Origin: Oopsacas minuta
Lineage: Eukaryota > Animalia > Porifera
Length of the DNA: 64,000 bases
Direction of reading: 5' to 3'
Assembly (NCBI GenBank): GCA_024704765.1
Contig: JAKMXF010000305.1
Coordinates: 38,682 to 102,681 of the forward strand
In this document: positions 12,060 to 26,221 of the stretch, piece after piece
Layout of the letters: every line of letters begins with the position of its first letter
Position numbering within the stretch: the first letter of the stretch is position 1
The notes under the pieces: generated by a model
Told to the model about the DNA's origin: nothing
Database searches by the model: none
What the model saw: only the letters and a program-made list of their open reading frames with translations
Translations under genes and position numbers: made by a program

Positions 12060-13200
12060 ATCTCACAATTTCTCTTCCTTAATGTCACAATCTTTTGGGT
12101 CTTGGGGTTGTTTTGAAGAATTTCTTTGAATATGACGAACTTGGTTACTCTTGGTATGTAATAAAGCTAATTGATCTAATATTAGGCCAGAATACGAGCC
12201 ACTAATACCATGGACCTCTCCCAGCTTCTTTAGAACGCCATGACTCGACTCTATGGTTTCTTCCGACATGGATCTTCTGCCGCCATACTGTGCCTAATAG
12301 CTATGAAATCTGGGAGATGCTGACAGATAATATATACTATCAATGTTGGCTGAAATTCGGAGTTATCATAGAGAATAGCAAGTTTCCAATCCACGTCTCT
12401 TACATCAAGGGCGACTTTTGTCAGGTTCTCGACAAGGCAGTAGATCCTTGATATCTTCTCACAATGAGAGAACTTTAAATACACGAATGTTGATGCCTGA
12501 TTTGATCCATGGGGCGTTATCTCTCCATGCATGTTGAGCTAATGAAGTCACGTTTTTATCAGTATATCATAAAACATTTATTTTCTTCAATGTGGAACCA
12601 CATATAGACTTGCATTGATCCAATTTATATGTAGTTGCAATGAATGATTCAAAATCGTCATTAGAAATATGACTGCAGTGGGATCAGTAACTTGTCTGCA
12701 CCAACCCATCCCACAGTTGGTAAGATATAGCTTTGATTTCACTAGATTGGTGTTCACTAGATGGGAGAAATTCTGGCCTTTGAAATGCCTATTCTTTTTG
12801 ACCAGTTTGAGATGTTCCATGCTAGTGTACCCATTCTAGGTCCTTCTTTAGAGAAATCCTATCTATGCCGACCGTCAATGAGCTTTGAAGTCATAGTACA
12901 CCAATGGTATGCATTATTGCTGATGCTAAGAATAGTTGAATGCACTTTATATCTGTACTTAGAATACTTTCTCGATCTTCAAAAAGATCCAACAGCGTAG
13001 ATAACATTCTAGAAATTGAGTTTGAGGTTCTTTAGCTGAGGTTATTACAGCATAATAAGGGGGTATACTTGTTTGTGAAGTTTGTGTAGGGAAGTAGATT
13101 CAAAATTTCGCTGCATTAGAATTTTCAGAGGTTTTTGTCCACTATCTATGCTCATTTTAAGAGGCAATGTATGTTTTTCTATATCTAGGAATTCATTAAA
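12060..13200 (-). pseudogene. Degenerate Chapaev-like (CMC) transposase remnant
   Basis: - strand fragments LKMSIDSGQKPLKI (about 13130-13170), STDIK...ISNNAYHWC (about 12895-12960) and QPTLIVYIICQHLPDFI...SMSEETIESSH (about 12240-12350). They match the spacing of the D, D/CxxC and H-x-H/SE-x-x-E motifs of Chapaev/Transib-related enzymes. Confidence 0.5.
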
Positions 13201-15139
13201 TTAACAATGAGGATACTTAACAACCATAGAAACACCACTATCAAGACTGCCCTTGTCTTTCTTCTGACCCTATTTCATCTTCCCAAATTTGGTGATCTTT
13301 AGAATATTCATTTCCTTTGAATTCAATTGCAATGAACTGGTCACGGTAATTTCAATCATCATTCCCTATGGCTCTTTGGTTAGGAAATTGGCAATGGTGG
13401 AAATTCTTGATTGAGGAAGTCAATTAAACCAATAACTTTTCGATTGCTCACTTTGCATAAATTGTGATCGACTTGGAAATCTGTTATTATTTCCAATTTT
13501 GCAGGGGGAATGGTTCTTTGAACTATAGCAATTTTTCTAGGTGGGCCCCGACTTCTCTTCAGATCAGTAAAACGATTGTTCTAGCGATGAAACTTTGAGA
13601 CAGAAATTCCCAGCAAGTTGTTCATCACATGCTCGTTTCTCTGACACGCATTTTAACATAGCGGTGCGTTCTTCGGTGGAGAAATCTTTGACTGCTTCAC
13701 TAATAGTTATCGCTTGCTGTTGTACTGAGAGGCGGTTAAGTTAGCAATTGAGATTGAGCTATTGCTTCTATTATGGCCAGAAGATAATGATCTCACAGTT
13801 TTATTCTTTTGTCTACCTGTTCCTTTACCTTGGTGTATCTTTCACGCCGCATAAGGTTTGTGCGTTATAACAATACCACTATTTTGTATTGTTAAATCCT
13901 GTAGTACAACAAGTACTTGAACGAATCATCCAATATTTGTGGGTCATCGATGACTCACTATTTCTAAACATCGTTGTGCGAGTCTGTCTAACTTTTCGTA
14001 ACTATGACTACCCTAATTTGTTAGCATTTGTAGAACATTAGAGCACAGTTTATTAGGGATTCCACCACTGAGTATAACTCCCAATCCAAGGTATTTCGTG
14101 TAACCACAATAACAAAACTGATTGATATTACATCCATTGAATCCAAGAGATTAGTTTGAAAGACTTTCGATAATGCTATAAGAAAATTAAGTATGTAATA
14201 AACACAATTAACATAGAAATGTATGAAAATAGGAGTTTGATGAGCTTCTCCAACCATAAAGGGAATTCTGACATGTCGATCATCACAAAGGTGCTAAAAG
14301 CCTCAACAAACTTAGAAATCCTGGTGTCAAAATATCTACATAGATGGAACTCAAAACTATTACGAGAAAGTATACAAAAAGATTGTAGAACGAAGTGTCT
14401 ATAAATATAGGCTACTAAAACTAAGCAGGGACATAATATGGTATAAATGAGGAAAAGCCAAAAACAGTAAAGACAAGATATAGTGCATAATTAGGAGATA
14501 TATGAATAAGATTTTGTTACAATAATTATTCGCAAGTTACAAATAGTCGTTTTGAAATATTCCACATCGAAAATGGCAATAATATAACAAATTTTCTAGA
14601 GTAGTAACTACTGTTCTGAATGCAAATTCGTTATCAGTGTGAAAACTGGGTTAATTGTTTTTTGGATGATATTGGTTGGTTTTGACACCCCATGGCATAC
14701 ATACGATGGGCATTTCGATAAGTTTTAGCCTAACGGTGTTTCGAATTGTTTGTATCCAATGCAGTACATAATTCGCTTAAATTTGAGATCATTATACTTT
14801 GTAGAAAATGCAACATATTGAATTTCTGCTTTGGATAAGAGCAATAAGTTGCATAGTTTTGTTCATCCAAATTTGTATTTATGTATATTATGGCGCTGGA
14901 ATACTCCTGGTTTCGAGTCTAAAGGGCATATTTCCTATATAAGTTTAGCAATTATTGTAATGTTGCTTAGAGTGGCCCTGCCCAGATGTCATTTCATTTT
15001 GAATTATTTTCTAAGTCACATTAGAGTCGCCTGTTACCATCCCTCAACAAACTTCACCATTCCTTCGACGATTACGTATGAGGGCTGTCACATGTAGGTT
15101 GGTCCTCAGAGTTATCTTTTCATACTTAAATTCTATGTA

Positions 15140-16466
15140 TAGGGTGTATCATATGCTTGGCTGGTCAGTAAAATGTATAGAATTTTCATTATCGAGTGTT
15201 TGTTCCAATTATTTGCCTATATACCCACCATTCTATCTAATACAAGTAGTATTCTAGCTGACATACTACAAACTATATTTTCTAGAATATCAGGGTCTAT
15301 GTCAGCCCATGCCGATTTGACTCGTAGAATTAAGTCTTCCAGCTTAGTAGCATTTGCCATTTGTCCAACACGATCTTTCAATATTGACCAGAGGTTTTCA
15401 ATCGGGTTTAAATCTGACGAGTTACCCGGCCACTCAACCTTCCTCCAAAAGCGAGGAAAGTGTTCTACACGCCATCTCTGTGTCAAGTTTGCAGCGTGAG
15501 GAAGGCATCATCAGGCATAAATAGGAAATCAGACATGTTAGCAAGCATTGATCTCTCCAGAATAGAACCTGTATTTGCAGTTCTGTTTGTAGCATCGCTA
15601 CATGTCTTGGCTAAGATATTATCTCGGTAGTAGGCTCCATTTATCGTTTGTTTCGGAGGAATGATGTGTAATTCTGAGAAAACCCTGTGGGACATCATAC
15701 CCCAGACTTGGATTTTTGTGGGAACTTCATCTAAACGATAGGTTCAATGCTATTTGAATTCCGAGCCCAGATACGATCGTTGTGACGATTTGGCATGGAG
15801 AACACTTGGAAAGGTGATTCATCTGACACAATACCTTTTCCAGTCACCAATTGTCCAATTTATATGATCTTTATCGAACTGGAGGCGTTTATCCTTCATT
15901 GTCTGTGTCAATCGAGGTATTTAGGGCGTTTAAATGATTTTACTCCCAAAGAATTGGTCAAATAGCGATATATATACTTGAATGCGAGATAGAATATCCC
16001 TTACCATTGAGAATACGTGCAAGTTTACTTGTTGACTTCCCCCTTTTCCCTAGAGTTTTTGAGATGACTACCTTCAAACCTTTTCATTGTTGGAACTCTA
16101 CCAGGACGGAGTTTAGTATTTTGGTCTTTTCCATGTTTCTCGTTATGTCACCATCTTTGTATCGACCTAGAACCGACACCTAGCCTTGAAGCTACAATTT
16201 CTGCTCAATTCCAATTTTCAACATGGAGATTGCTTTGACAGACAAACCATGATCTTTGATATTCATATTTCAAATTATAAGAGAAATACAAAGAATGAGT
16301 TAAAATACAAATCAAAGTGAAAATATTTATCAAGAGGTGTATTTGTAATAGATAATACTTTGTAGTTAAGTGTAAGACGAATAAACTTCAATAATACATT
16401 GTGGTCTTGTTAAATCAACTTTAAACATTATGAATTCATACCCGCCAAGACATATGATACACCCTG
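15140..16466 (-). mobile_element. Tc1-like element (DD37E-like group), full length, decayed
   Basis: TIRs (C/T)AGGGTGTATCATATG(T)CTTGGC at 15140 and ending at 16466, TA on both sides. ORF fragments WPGNSSDLNPIENLW and MMSHRVFSELHIIP. Confidence 0.85.
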
Positions 16467-16654
16467 TACAATCTCTTGACAATAACAATTGGTCACTTTT
16501 CGTTTGGAAATTCTTTACTGAAAGTTCTGTGACATTTCTTTATCGTGCTCCTAAGTTTGGAAAATTTCATATGATGTCATGTATCTCAACTCTCTATAAA
16601 TCAATCGATACTAAAGTAACATCGTTTGGCTATACCTATTGAGTTCCCTACGTA

Positions 16655-17966
16655 CAGGATGTCTAATAAGTTCTGTTATATATCAATTCCCCAATTATTT
16701 CAAATTTATACATTACAAAGCCATGAAACCTTCTATTTTCTTTGGACTTATGTTCCTAATTACACATTACAAATATCATTCAATATAGCCTCCCTTTTTA
16801 TGAATTACGGAAGTTAGTCTGCTCCGAAACTGATGGACAGCTTTTCGCAGCTCCTCCTTGTGGGATTTTCTGCCATTCACTCAACAAACTAACTTTGAGG
16901 GAGTCCAAACTCTTGTGAGATTTCGCACAGGCCCTGCTCTCCAAGTTTGCCCAAACAGAATAGTCGAGTGGGTTTAAATCTGGGCTTGATGGTGGCCATT
17001 CATCCTTACTTATGAAACCGATATTTTGCTCTCGGAATCAACCCTGGGATACTTTTGGAGCATGTGCAAGCGCAGAGTCTTGTTGGTAAGTCCAAGGATG
17101 GTTTTGAAAGAGCTTCTCACCAGCATACGCAATTTCAGGCTCCAAGACCAGCTCTCTGTAGGTCTAGGAGTTTATTTCATTCCTTAGGGGACAAAAATCA
17201 CGTTTGTCCGTGAGTCTGCCAACACTCCCGCCCATACCATCAGAGAAAGAGGCTTCTGGACTCTATCAATGCACTTGATGCTATCTAGGATATCCTGACT
17301 TCGAGAAGCAAGTATACGGTCGTTTTGGCGATTGCTTGCTTCCTCAACGGTGAACAGCTTCTCATCCGAGAAGTAAACCTTATCTTCAGTCCCAGGAGCG
17401 AATCGGACTTTTAGTTGTATGCATCTCTCGAGTCGCTTACGACGTATGGAGTCGTTAAGATGGTGTATGTTTTTCCTCTTATGGGATTTCATTCCTAGGT
17501 CCTCTACAACCAATTTCCGCATCGTTTCGTAATTGACACAGAATTCACGAGACATTTTTCGCATTGAACGCCGGGGATTTCTCTGGATTCGACATCTAAC
17601 ACTATTCTTCAGGGCTGGTGTGCGGGCGGATATTGGACGACCAACTCGTTTCCTGTCAGACACGCTCCCAGTCTCTATATATCGTTTTATTGTGCGATAG
17701 ATCAACATAGGATTGACTTTATCATTTTTTTAGCCTTTTTAGAATTTCACTGCTGCTAAACCCAGATTCGTGAAAAGTGACAATTTTTGAACGAATTTCT
17801 TCTAACATGATTTTCTAGGAAATCATCAACTTGAATGATATATACTTGGTATAATTCGAAGAGCGCCAAAAATGCTACAAGAAAATCTAGAAGATTACTT
17901 CATAAGTATATTAATAGCTACTGTCTAAGGCGCGAAAGTGTATAACAGAATTTATTAGACACCCTG
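16655..17966 (-). mobile_element. maT/DD37D mariner-like element, copy 1 (defective)
   Basis: TIR CAGG(A/G)TGTCTAATAA(G/A)TTCTGTTATA at both ends. ORF 17184-17708 is identical in protein to 41684-42208. QQDSA...WPPSSPDLNPLDY with 37 residues between D and D. Confidence 0.92.
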
Positions 17967-18175
17967 TGTGTGCAACTTGTATCTAGTTTTGGTAACCGTA
18001 TTTCCTTGTTATGTTGTTTATCAGTGTTAAAACCTTTGATTTATATCTATTTATTTCCCATTTCCTTTTTGAATGTAGCAATTACTGTTTATCTCTGCTT
18101 ACCTAATTTTTAATTTGCTACATTATTTGATCATTTTCACAAGGTTTCACGAATTTTTTTTTTTTTTCTTCATAG

Positions 18176-18584
18176 ATCTAACTCTCATTACAATAAACAA
18201 GATTCTACTGTTTCTATAACAGAAAATATTTGTTACCGACCTAGTTATTCACCAGAAGCTTTCAAATTTTTTATGGAGTTACATATTGAGAATGTATTGT
18301 CTCTGCACAACGAAAGAGAAAAACGGCGTAAGAGACTTGAGATTGAAATGGAAAAAATATTATTATCTGACGAGAAGAAAATTAAAATGCGGTTCATCCT
18401 ATGTCAAAAGGAATCTGAATATCTGCGACTTAAGCGTGCTAAGATGAAGCGAAACATGTTCAAAAAAATTGCTCGTTTGGGTGTTGGAGCATTTGGAGAG
18501 GTATCATTGGTGAGAAAACGAGATACTAATGCTATGTACGCAATGAAAATATTGAGAAAATCAGATGTTATTAGGAGAAACCAG
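18176..18584 (+). CDS. LATS: LATS/Warts kinase exon: MOB-binding NTR and kinase subdomains I-II
   Basis: Poly-T tract, then CATAG|A. Reads YSPEAFKFFMELHIENVL...LCQKESEYLRLKRAKM...LGVGAFGEVSLVRK.DT.AMYAMKILRK...RRNQ, then |GTATTT. LATS-specific motifs. Confidence 0.95.
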
Positions 18585-20879
18585 GTATTTCCACATATGT
18601 ATTTTCTATCAAATATAACCTGTGTGATTGTGCCGATTTTGTCATTTATATTCAAGATTGTTAAAAAGCATCGGCGTCGTATGATTTTTTCTGCTCTTTG
18701 TGTCGCCCAAACTCCAAAATGTTAGGGCCGTAAACCTTGCAAATTTTAGCCGAAATGATTATATTATTGATTTTTAACTGTACACCCGTTCAATATATAT
18801 ACTAAGCCAATATTACGTTATTTGAACAATTCTGGAATTTTTAATGTGGTTTACATTGTTAATTTATACATACGATTACAAATGTATACAATGAGATCTA
18901 GGCATGTTCTCATGCGAAATATCAAGACCTGTTTGATAGTGTTGTGCTGTTGCATTAGTTCGAATGTGGACAATTGTCATTATTTCGAATTTGGACTGTT
19001 GGCATTAGTCTGACAGTAATATCAGATGGTTGGCATTAGTTCAACACGAATTTTTTACAGTTGCTATTAGTTAGACAGCAATTTCACACGTTTTGAAATG
19101 GTTTGACAATAGGTTTTATGTTTTCATTGGCTTTGCACCCTCCTGTGAATTATATACTATACTATTTTCAATTGAGATTTGTATGTATTCTTATGGTTAT
19201 ACCGAATGTCATTCGCATTACCTTAGAGGTGTTTCTCAGCTACAGTGTTTCGTCGATAATTATACGTATGTTTTTATGAGTTACACTAGTGATAAATTTT
19301 TTATACTCCAGATTGTCATAAAAATTCCAATTCTAAAGGAGAGAAAATTTGGTCTATTATGATTTCTTATTTTATGAAATGGTATGCTACTGCGAAGTTA
19401 AATCTAGTCTCAAATCTAACCATTCCTTCCATTTACCATAATCATATCATTGTAGAATGCAAATCTGACGTCTGGGTAATATAATCGAACTATTCGAATC
19501 GTCCACAGAATTCGCAGGATACTCTTAGAAATTTTTTCTATGACGTACCTCGTGAGCTTTTCATGTGTCGTTCACTAAAGAGGGATCTTCAATGTATTGT
19601 TTAATCAACTTCTACCCAAGCTTCAATCCATCTATAAGTTGTGAACACCACAGATCTTGAAACCCTAAATTTTCTAAAAATTTTTCCACTATTTGCAATA
19701 CACTCCCCAGATACAACTTCCAAATTCAACTCTAATGTTTTATATCAAAATGCTAAATATTTTTAGAGCTACCAATGGACCCAAGTTGATTTCGCTGATT
19801 AGAGAGTCGACAGTCCACATTATTATGTAATCTTTGGTCCATTGACAGTTATTCACTTCCCAAAACTTGAATTTGCTCGATTGTCGAAGTGTATAGAAAC
19901 AATACTATAGAATCTTTAAGGACAGATTTTGAAAGTTCTACAACGATTTTCATCCTGCGAACATACGGAATACAGTTCCGCCTCATTGAGAATAACACAA
20001 TGAACACTCAAGTTTTAAATGCCTTATCCGGAGTTCGTATTCATCTGTGTACTCAATTGAATATCCATTGTAGTGATCGCATTAACCAGAGTCTACTGTA
20101 TATTATGTACTTGTTCATAGTAGAATTGCATACAATTCAATCTTATTTTCTGAATTTTCCCCTAACATTGATGAACATTTCGAACCTATTTGGATTAACT
20201 ATGGTTCGGATCCACAAGGTTCGGATTAGCGATGGTCTATTGTAGCCAGAAACGATTGTCACACTAACTCACATGTACATTGCCATCTAACTATGTTAGG
20301 AGAACTCTTGAATGTTAATGATTTGCTGTAGCATACCTATAACTGTAACTCAACTTCAAATTTCCATCGTGCTCGTGCTTAGACTCTCTGTTTCTGAGAT
20401 TCGTATTATCAGTGGTACTACAATTGCCTAGCGTATCGTTCCCCATATTCACTTTCTCTGAAGTTCGCTTTAATCGCACTGTCCTACTCTTAGCGCATAG
20501 TAGATCTTCCTCAGATTAGCTTGAACAGCTCATTGGTACTCTAAGGACTGTTTGGTTGGATTGGCTCGGGTAGAAATGCGTGTGTTTGAGTCATTTATAA
20601 TGAATACCATTGATTAAATTCAGCTAAGGAGCCCAAATCACTTCGATTGTATATGAAACTTACTATCATTATGGCTTTACAACTGATTATTGATTTGAGG
20701 GCCAGTGATGCACGATGACACCGAATTGATATTTCATTCATATGCCCCATACTTGCTAAATCGTCATTACTAGGTATATTTGGGCATTTATGTGCAATGT
20801 AGCTTGCCCGTACCTTATTACTAGATATTTCAAGAATCACCTCCTATTGCAGTTGAATTCAACTCAACCGCACGCATAA

Positions 20880-22026
20880 TTTCTAAGCTTAATGAGATCG
20901 TAGTACCTTACTTTTATTACTGGGTTATTTTATGGTTTCAAAGGAAAAAGATTCCATTATTGAACAAAGGACCTACATCAGGTTTCGCACGAAACTTGGG
21001 TTTGCTCTTGGAGCTATATTTGTAGAGCTGGTTTTAGTATGTCCTAATACTCACCTTTCGTATTCGAGGGTATGTGAGTGGGCAGCTCGCTTCAGAGTAG
21101 GAAGACTATCTGTTGAATATGACATTCGACCAGGTCCCGAATTTACTGTTTGGACGGACGAGAATATCGCTCGTGTCAAGTCCGTTGTTGATGAGCAACG
21201 AAACTGTACCATCAAAGAGATTGCTCATGAATCTGTGATATCAACGGGAAGTGTTGGAAGGATTCTGACCATTGATCTTCAAATGTGGAAGCTGTGTGCA
21301 CTTTGAATTCCCAAAAAAGCTCACTGATTCTCAGTGATTGTCACGTCTAAGATGTCCAAAGAACTCTCAAAGGAATATAGCAATGTAGATCCTAGTCGAC
21401 TTTACAAATCTTTACTTAGGGACGAAACATGTATAAGCTATGCTGCACCTGAAAGAAAATCTGGTGTATCTACCTGGGTATGGAAAATGACGACGAATCA
21501 AGAAAGCCCCCTCCAAAAATGCCAGACCTGGTAGGTTTGGACGGAAGGTATTTTGCACAAATTTTTGACGCGCATGGGTCAGTGCCTTAAAAATGGATAC
21601 TTAAAAGTCAAAGAATAACAGGGGGTATTACGCTACTACCTGCCTTCCTGCAGTCCAACAGCACTATAAAGTGAGCCGCCCACGTACAATCTGAATTCTG
21701 CACGATAATGGTTGGCCCCTTAAAACTCGGCTTGTTAAGAATACCTTGGAATCCTTGAGGTCATGGAGCTTCAAACTCCACCTTACAGCCCTGATCTCTT
21801 CCCATATGGCTTCTGGCTGTTTGACAACATCAAATCACATTTGTCTGATAGAGATTTTGAGACCAACCACCAACTTGGAATTGTTAACTTCCAGTATCTC
21901 AAAGCATCCCCAAAGAAGAGTACAAAAAGTCTTATACTGAGTAAAATATTATTCTATTATTATTGCACAGTAATTTTGAAAATGATCTGATATATATAAT
22001 TCAAAACTACGATCTTTAAGGACCAG
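20880..22026 (+). mobile_element. mariner (DD34D-type) element, decayed; left end poorly defined
   Basis: ORF 20932-21306 EQRTYIRF...CEWAARFRVGRLSV...KLCAL*IPKKL, then RDET, LHDN and PPYSPDL..FWLF remnants. Right TIR ...CTACGATCTTTAAGGACCAG|TA. Confidence 0.78.
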
Positions 22027-23178
22027 TATTGGTGCCAACTAACCTACCTCTTAGTTTTGTATGTCTATATAATTATGTTCTGGCCTAATAACTGAATGGA
22101 CCTCTGGCTAAGAGACTTTCCATATAGCCGAACAGTTATAGCCAATGCAGACCAATTCTGGTGGGCCATAACTAGACCTGGTCAGGTAATATTGGGCTCG
22201 ACGGCCATGCACTTTATACATTTTGGGTTATAGTGCTACTTAATCTTCATTGTGTCCGACACAATTGACAACTGGAAGGACACATTGTTATAGGAGGACA
22301 GACACGTCCAATACCCCTTATGCGTAAGCCCTCAGCTAACTAAGTTTACATTACCAAGTATCAAATGAGCCTTAACCAAAGTTAATTACATCGTTTTGTT
22401 TATGGTCAAATCTTTATTTCCATATATTTACTACTGACATTTTTGGTGAAAAGTATTTGAGGTGTGTAGGTGTCCGAGGCAAGAATTTCGGACAAGTATT
22501 AGGCACTTTTTGAAAGGGAGTTGGGTTTGTGTCTAAAGTCTGAATATTTCAACAAAGTTGCCTATGGTTTAGTGCCTCTCCCATAAGTCAGGTCCCTGTA
22601 AATATATGTTGTATGTTCGGAATTGATTGGCAGTGCCGTCGAGTACCAAACCTGGCGCCGGTTGAGTTTTGATGCTGGCCCTCGTCATATTTTGCAACAA
22701 CATTGAGGCTTACAAGTTTATTAACAAACTAGAGGTTTCTCGTGCCACTTAAACTTGTGTAGAGAATTGTTTGTGGAGAAATTCTTGCAACCCCTAATAT
22801 CTAACTTATACTTTAGAATTGTTATGTCAACCTCTAAATGTATTGGGCCTATTAACGCTATTTATGAATGTTTTCCTAAAAAGCGACTAATTACTATTTC
22901 AGCGTAACCGCGTCTCTAAACGCACTTTGGAAGATATCAGTAAAATAGACTTAAAAGTTTCACGTATCATGTACCAGATAACCCCAATTGTTGTCCTATT
23001 GTGTGATTTTCTGTCATAATGTAAAAGACCGCCCCCTTTGTTGCTTATGATCGCCTGGATACTGTATGTCAAATGCTTAGTGGTCTTAAACTATTGTTAA
23101 TTACTCTAGTTTAATCATAGAGTACTGGTCAGGAATATTGTGTAACCACTGAACTCTAAATTAATCAACAAGTTACTA

Positions 23179-24707
23179 CTTGGGGCATTCAAAAAGTTCC
23201 CATTCGTAATTTTTGCAGCCAAACCCTACTCGATTGCATGAAACGCAGAGTATATCCTAATACCTATCGATTACCTTTTTACTGCTGTTGACCAATTCAC
23301 TCTAGCTATTATATATCTTGATTAGAGATTCACCGGATATAAAAATTTCCCATCCGCCGGATAAGAATCCAGCTTCTATTTTCCGGTTATCCGGCCGGTA
23401 CCGGATACTTTTGTTAAATAATTGGCTGCTCCACCTAGCTCAGTATATAGTGAAAGATTATTTAGTAGTACTGGAATTGTATTTGAAGAAAGTCGTAACA
23501 GATTGTTACCTGAAAAAGGAGAGCATCTCCTCTTTATTCAGTAAAATTAGGATTATTAGATTCCCATCATTATGGCTTCAAAACACTATCAAGAAAAACC
23601 GAGCAACGAGCTTATATAAAGATTTGTACCGTACTCGGCGAGAAACCACTCCATTAACATGAGGATCTCGTCGCTGTTTATCATGGGGAAGCTCTAGCGT
23701 ATCCCCTTTAAAGGATTAGGCAGGAAAATTCAAGGTTGGTAGAGGCAGCATTGTGGAATCCCATTGAACCGGAAGATCAATTTCCAGTACCACTCCTAAA
23801 ATTGCCTTTCAAATTCTGGAACTATTGGATATAGACCCCAATTTGCGGTTTGAAGCGATTGCCCTAACCCTGGATATCTTAGGGGTGGTCATACAATTCT
23901 ATACCATTATCTCGAATATCGAAAGATTTCAGCCCGATGGATACCTTAAATCCTCACCAAGGTGCAAAAGGAGAAGAGGTTTCGTGCGCGAAAAATTGAT
24001 TAAAGAATATAGAGATTGTGATTTTCGAATGTCATATGAAATTGTTACTGGTGACAAATTTGAATTGAATTTTCTGAAGCTCTGCGTAAGGAATAAATCA
24101 AATCGTGGTTCTCATAACGTTCTTATCCCTCCGAAAAGGCAAGTCCGGACTTCCAAGACGATAATGATCTCTACAGCATATATTTTGAAGCATATTTTTG
24201 CCTTTGGCTCAAATACCTGTGCCTAAAAGTGAATGACTCAATGGAGAATTTTACGCTCATTAATGGCAGAGAGAATTCGAAAAAGTATATAAAACACGAC
24301 TTCCGTGTACAGGAACTCGAGGAATCGAACTTCTCCACGATAATGCAAGATCTCATGTTTCAAAATACGTTAGGGAAATCATTGAAGATATCGGGTTTGA
24401 AACGATGGAACATTTTCCGTATTCCCCAGATTTATCACCTTTTGATTTCTGGCTATTTCCTGAGCTGAAAAACATCTCGGAGGACGGATAGTCATACTCG
24501 ACAGAAAGAGCTGGGAAACGGGATTTACCACCACCGCAATTCAGTCGACAGAGACTAGTATCAAACATTTTTGAAGTTGGTTGTATGGCTACAACTATGC
24601 ATAGATGTAGAGGTGGAGTATCTCGAACATTATATGTAAATTTTGATTAGTAAGTTGTTGTAGCTTAAGATATTCAAAAATGATGGGAACTTTTTGAATG
24701 CCCTAAG
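23179..24707 (+). mobile_element. mariner (DD34D-type) element, decayed, with an internal hAT insertion
   Basis: TIRs CTT(G/A)GGGCATTCAAAAAGTTCCCAT at both ends with TA flanks. Remnants EQRAYIK, RKISARWIP, IVTGD, LHDNARSH and PYSPDLSPFDFWLFPELK. Confidence 0.85.
23322..23550 (+). mobile_element. hAT fragment (C-terminal dimerisation domain plus CCGGATA subterminal repeats)
   Basis: 23445-23545 reads LAAPPSSVYSERLFSSTGIVFEESRNRLLPEKGEHLLFI. It is preceded by TAGAGATTCACCGGATAT and repeated CCGGATA/TATCCGG. Confidence 0.6.
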
Positions 24708-25619
24708 TAAAATCCTAGATGGCTGACTACCTTATTTCTAACTGGATACCATAATTTGACAACTTAACAATGTACAATGTTGTAATAATGTAGTAGAATT
24801 ACAGTTAGCTCTGCTTTTGAGGTATCACGTTGTAATGTCATCAAGAGAGTATGAAATTCCAAAAATAAATTCTAGTGGATTTGAAGTAGATTTCCTCAAA
24901 AGAATACATACATATTAAATAGTATTCGTGACATCGTACATTAACTATTATTGCCAAAATTGATTGTATAATTACTTTGAGATGGCGGAATCAACCTATA
25001 GCATTTTAGAATGAAATTTAAATATCACAAACAATTTTAACGTAAAGAATACCACTAAGTACATCATCGAGTTCATCGAGAGGGAAGTACATTTGGCCAG
25101 TAATTTATCATCGATATATAATTGAAAAAATATTAAAAATCGATGAATTACCTAGACTTTCAATTTATACATTTTTCTTGTTTGTCTCATGCCAAACATT
25201 GTTTATATGCTTTCATTATAGCTAATTCTGAATTTGAAGTCAATTTTCCTCGTCACCTTACAATTTTATGATTTTCAAATTACCAAATTTTGATGAACAT
25301 TTTTCAAAAGTATGATGGAATCATCAACAATTTTATTGTATTTTATAACTATAGAGTAGTTGTTCTTCACTTGAAACAGGATCAACTCTGTATTTGTGGA
25401 ATTATTTATTTTGCTCGCCATAAAGAGTATATTTGTAATTTTTGTTATTGATTTTATGTGTACTAATTCCCAATTTTCACATATTATTGCTTCTTTCAAA
25501 AATGATTTTCTACTTACTACGATGACAAATCCCTACAATTCCCGAAAAACTAGAGAACCTTACCTAACACCTAATGAGACGTTACGTGCTTTAACAGTCT
25601 CTGAGATCTTTGCTTCGTT

Positions 25620-25900
25620 GGGATTTTGCCTTATAATAATTATCGCTCGGATCAACACAGAATCCCAACGAAAGCTTACATAATATGATGTGGCACAACG
25701 CTCCGAAGGTGAAGCGACAAGGTCAGAAGTCCCTTGTTCCCTGTACTGCACTCGCGGTACTGAGCTTTATTGCGAAGGCTGTCCTACTCTGCTATATTGA
25801 AAGAGTTGGGGATGAAGATTGGCAACAGTAATGGCAAGTTTCTTTCGAATTGGGACCGTCAGAGAAGTCTTGCACGTGAAGCCGTGGCATTGAGGCTCCT
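25620..25900 (+). pseudogene. Mutator-like (MULE) transposase C-terminal remnant
   Basis: LGSTQNPNESLHNMMWHNAPK, followed with frameshifts by LAVLSF..G..YSAILKELGMKIG...WDRQR. This resembles the TQNxNES...IW...PK / FNxG...D..R signature. Confidence 0.55.
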
Positions 25901-26221
25901 AAGCGTCGCTGGGGACCAATGGTTACAGCTAATCTTTACACAGAATATTCAAGAAAGCGCAGGTACATGTCGGTATATAAGTCGCGGATGTTATGTTCCG
26001 AGATTGTATCTGATGACAACAGTTCTGATAATCACTACCCACTTAAGACCTCCAAGTCCACTGGTAATTGGATATCCTGTAAGCAGCGTGAGAGGATTGG
26101 TATCATTGGATGTTGTAGGCATTATGTTCAAGCAGTACCTAAAAGATGTCTTCTTCTGCTCTAACTGTCATGTATAGTCTTGCCATTTTGTATTGATACT
26201 ATACATCTGAAAAACAAAATA

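Noticed and set aside
18585-18725. C-terminal extension of ORF 18273-18725 (likewise the extensions of ORFs 28293-28550 and 45756-46010)
   Set aside because: Read-through into introns past clear GT donors or AG acceptors; kinase homology stops at the splice sites.
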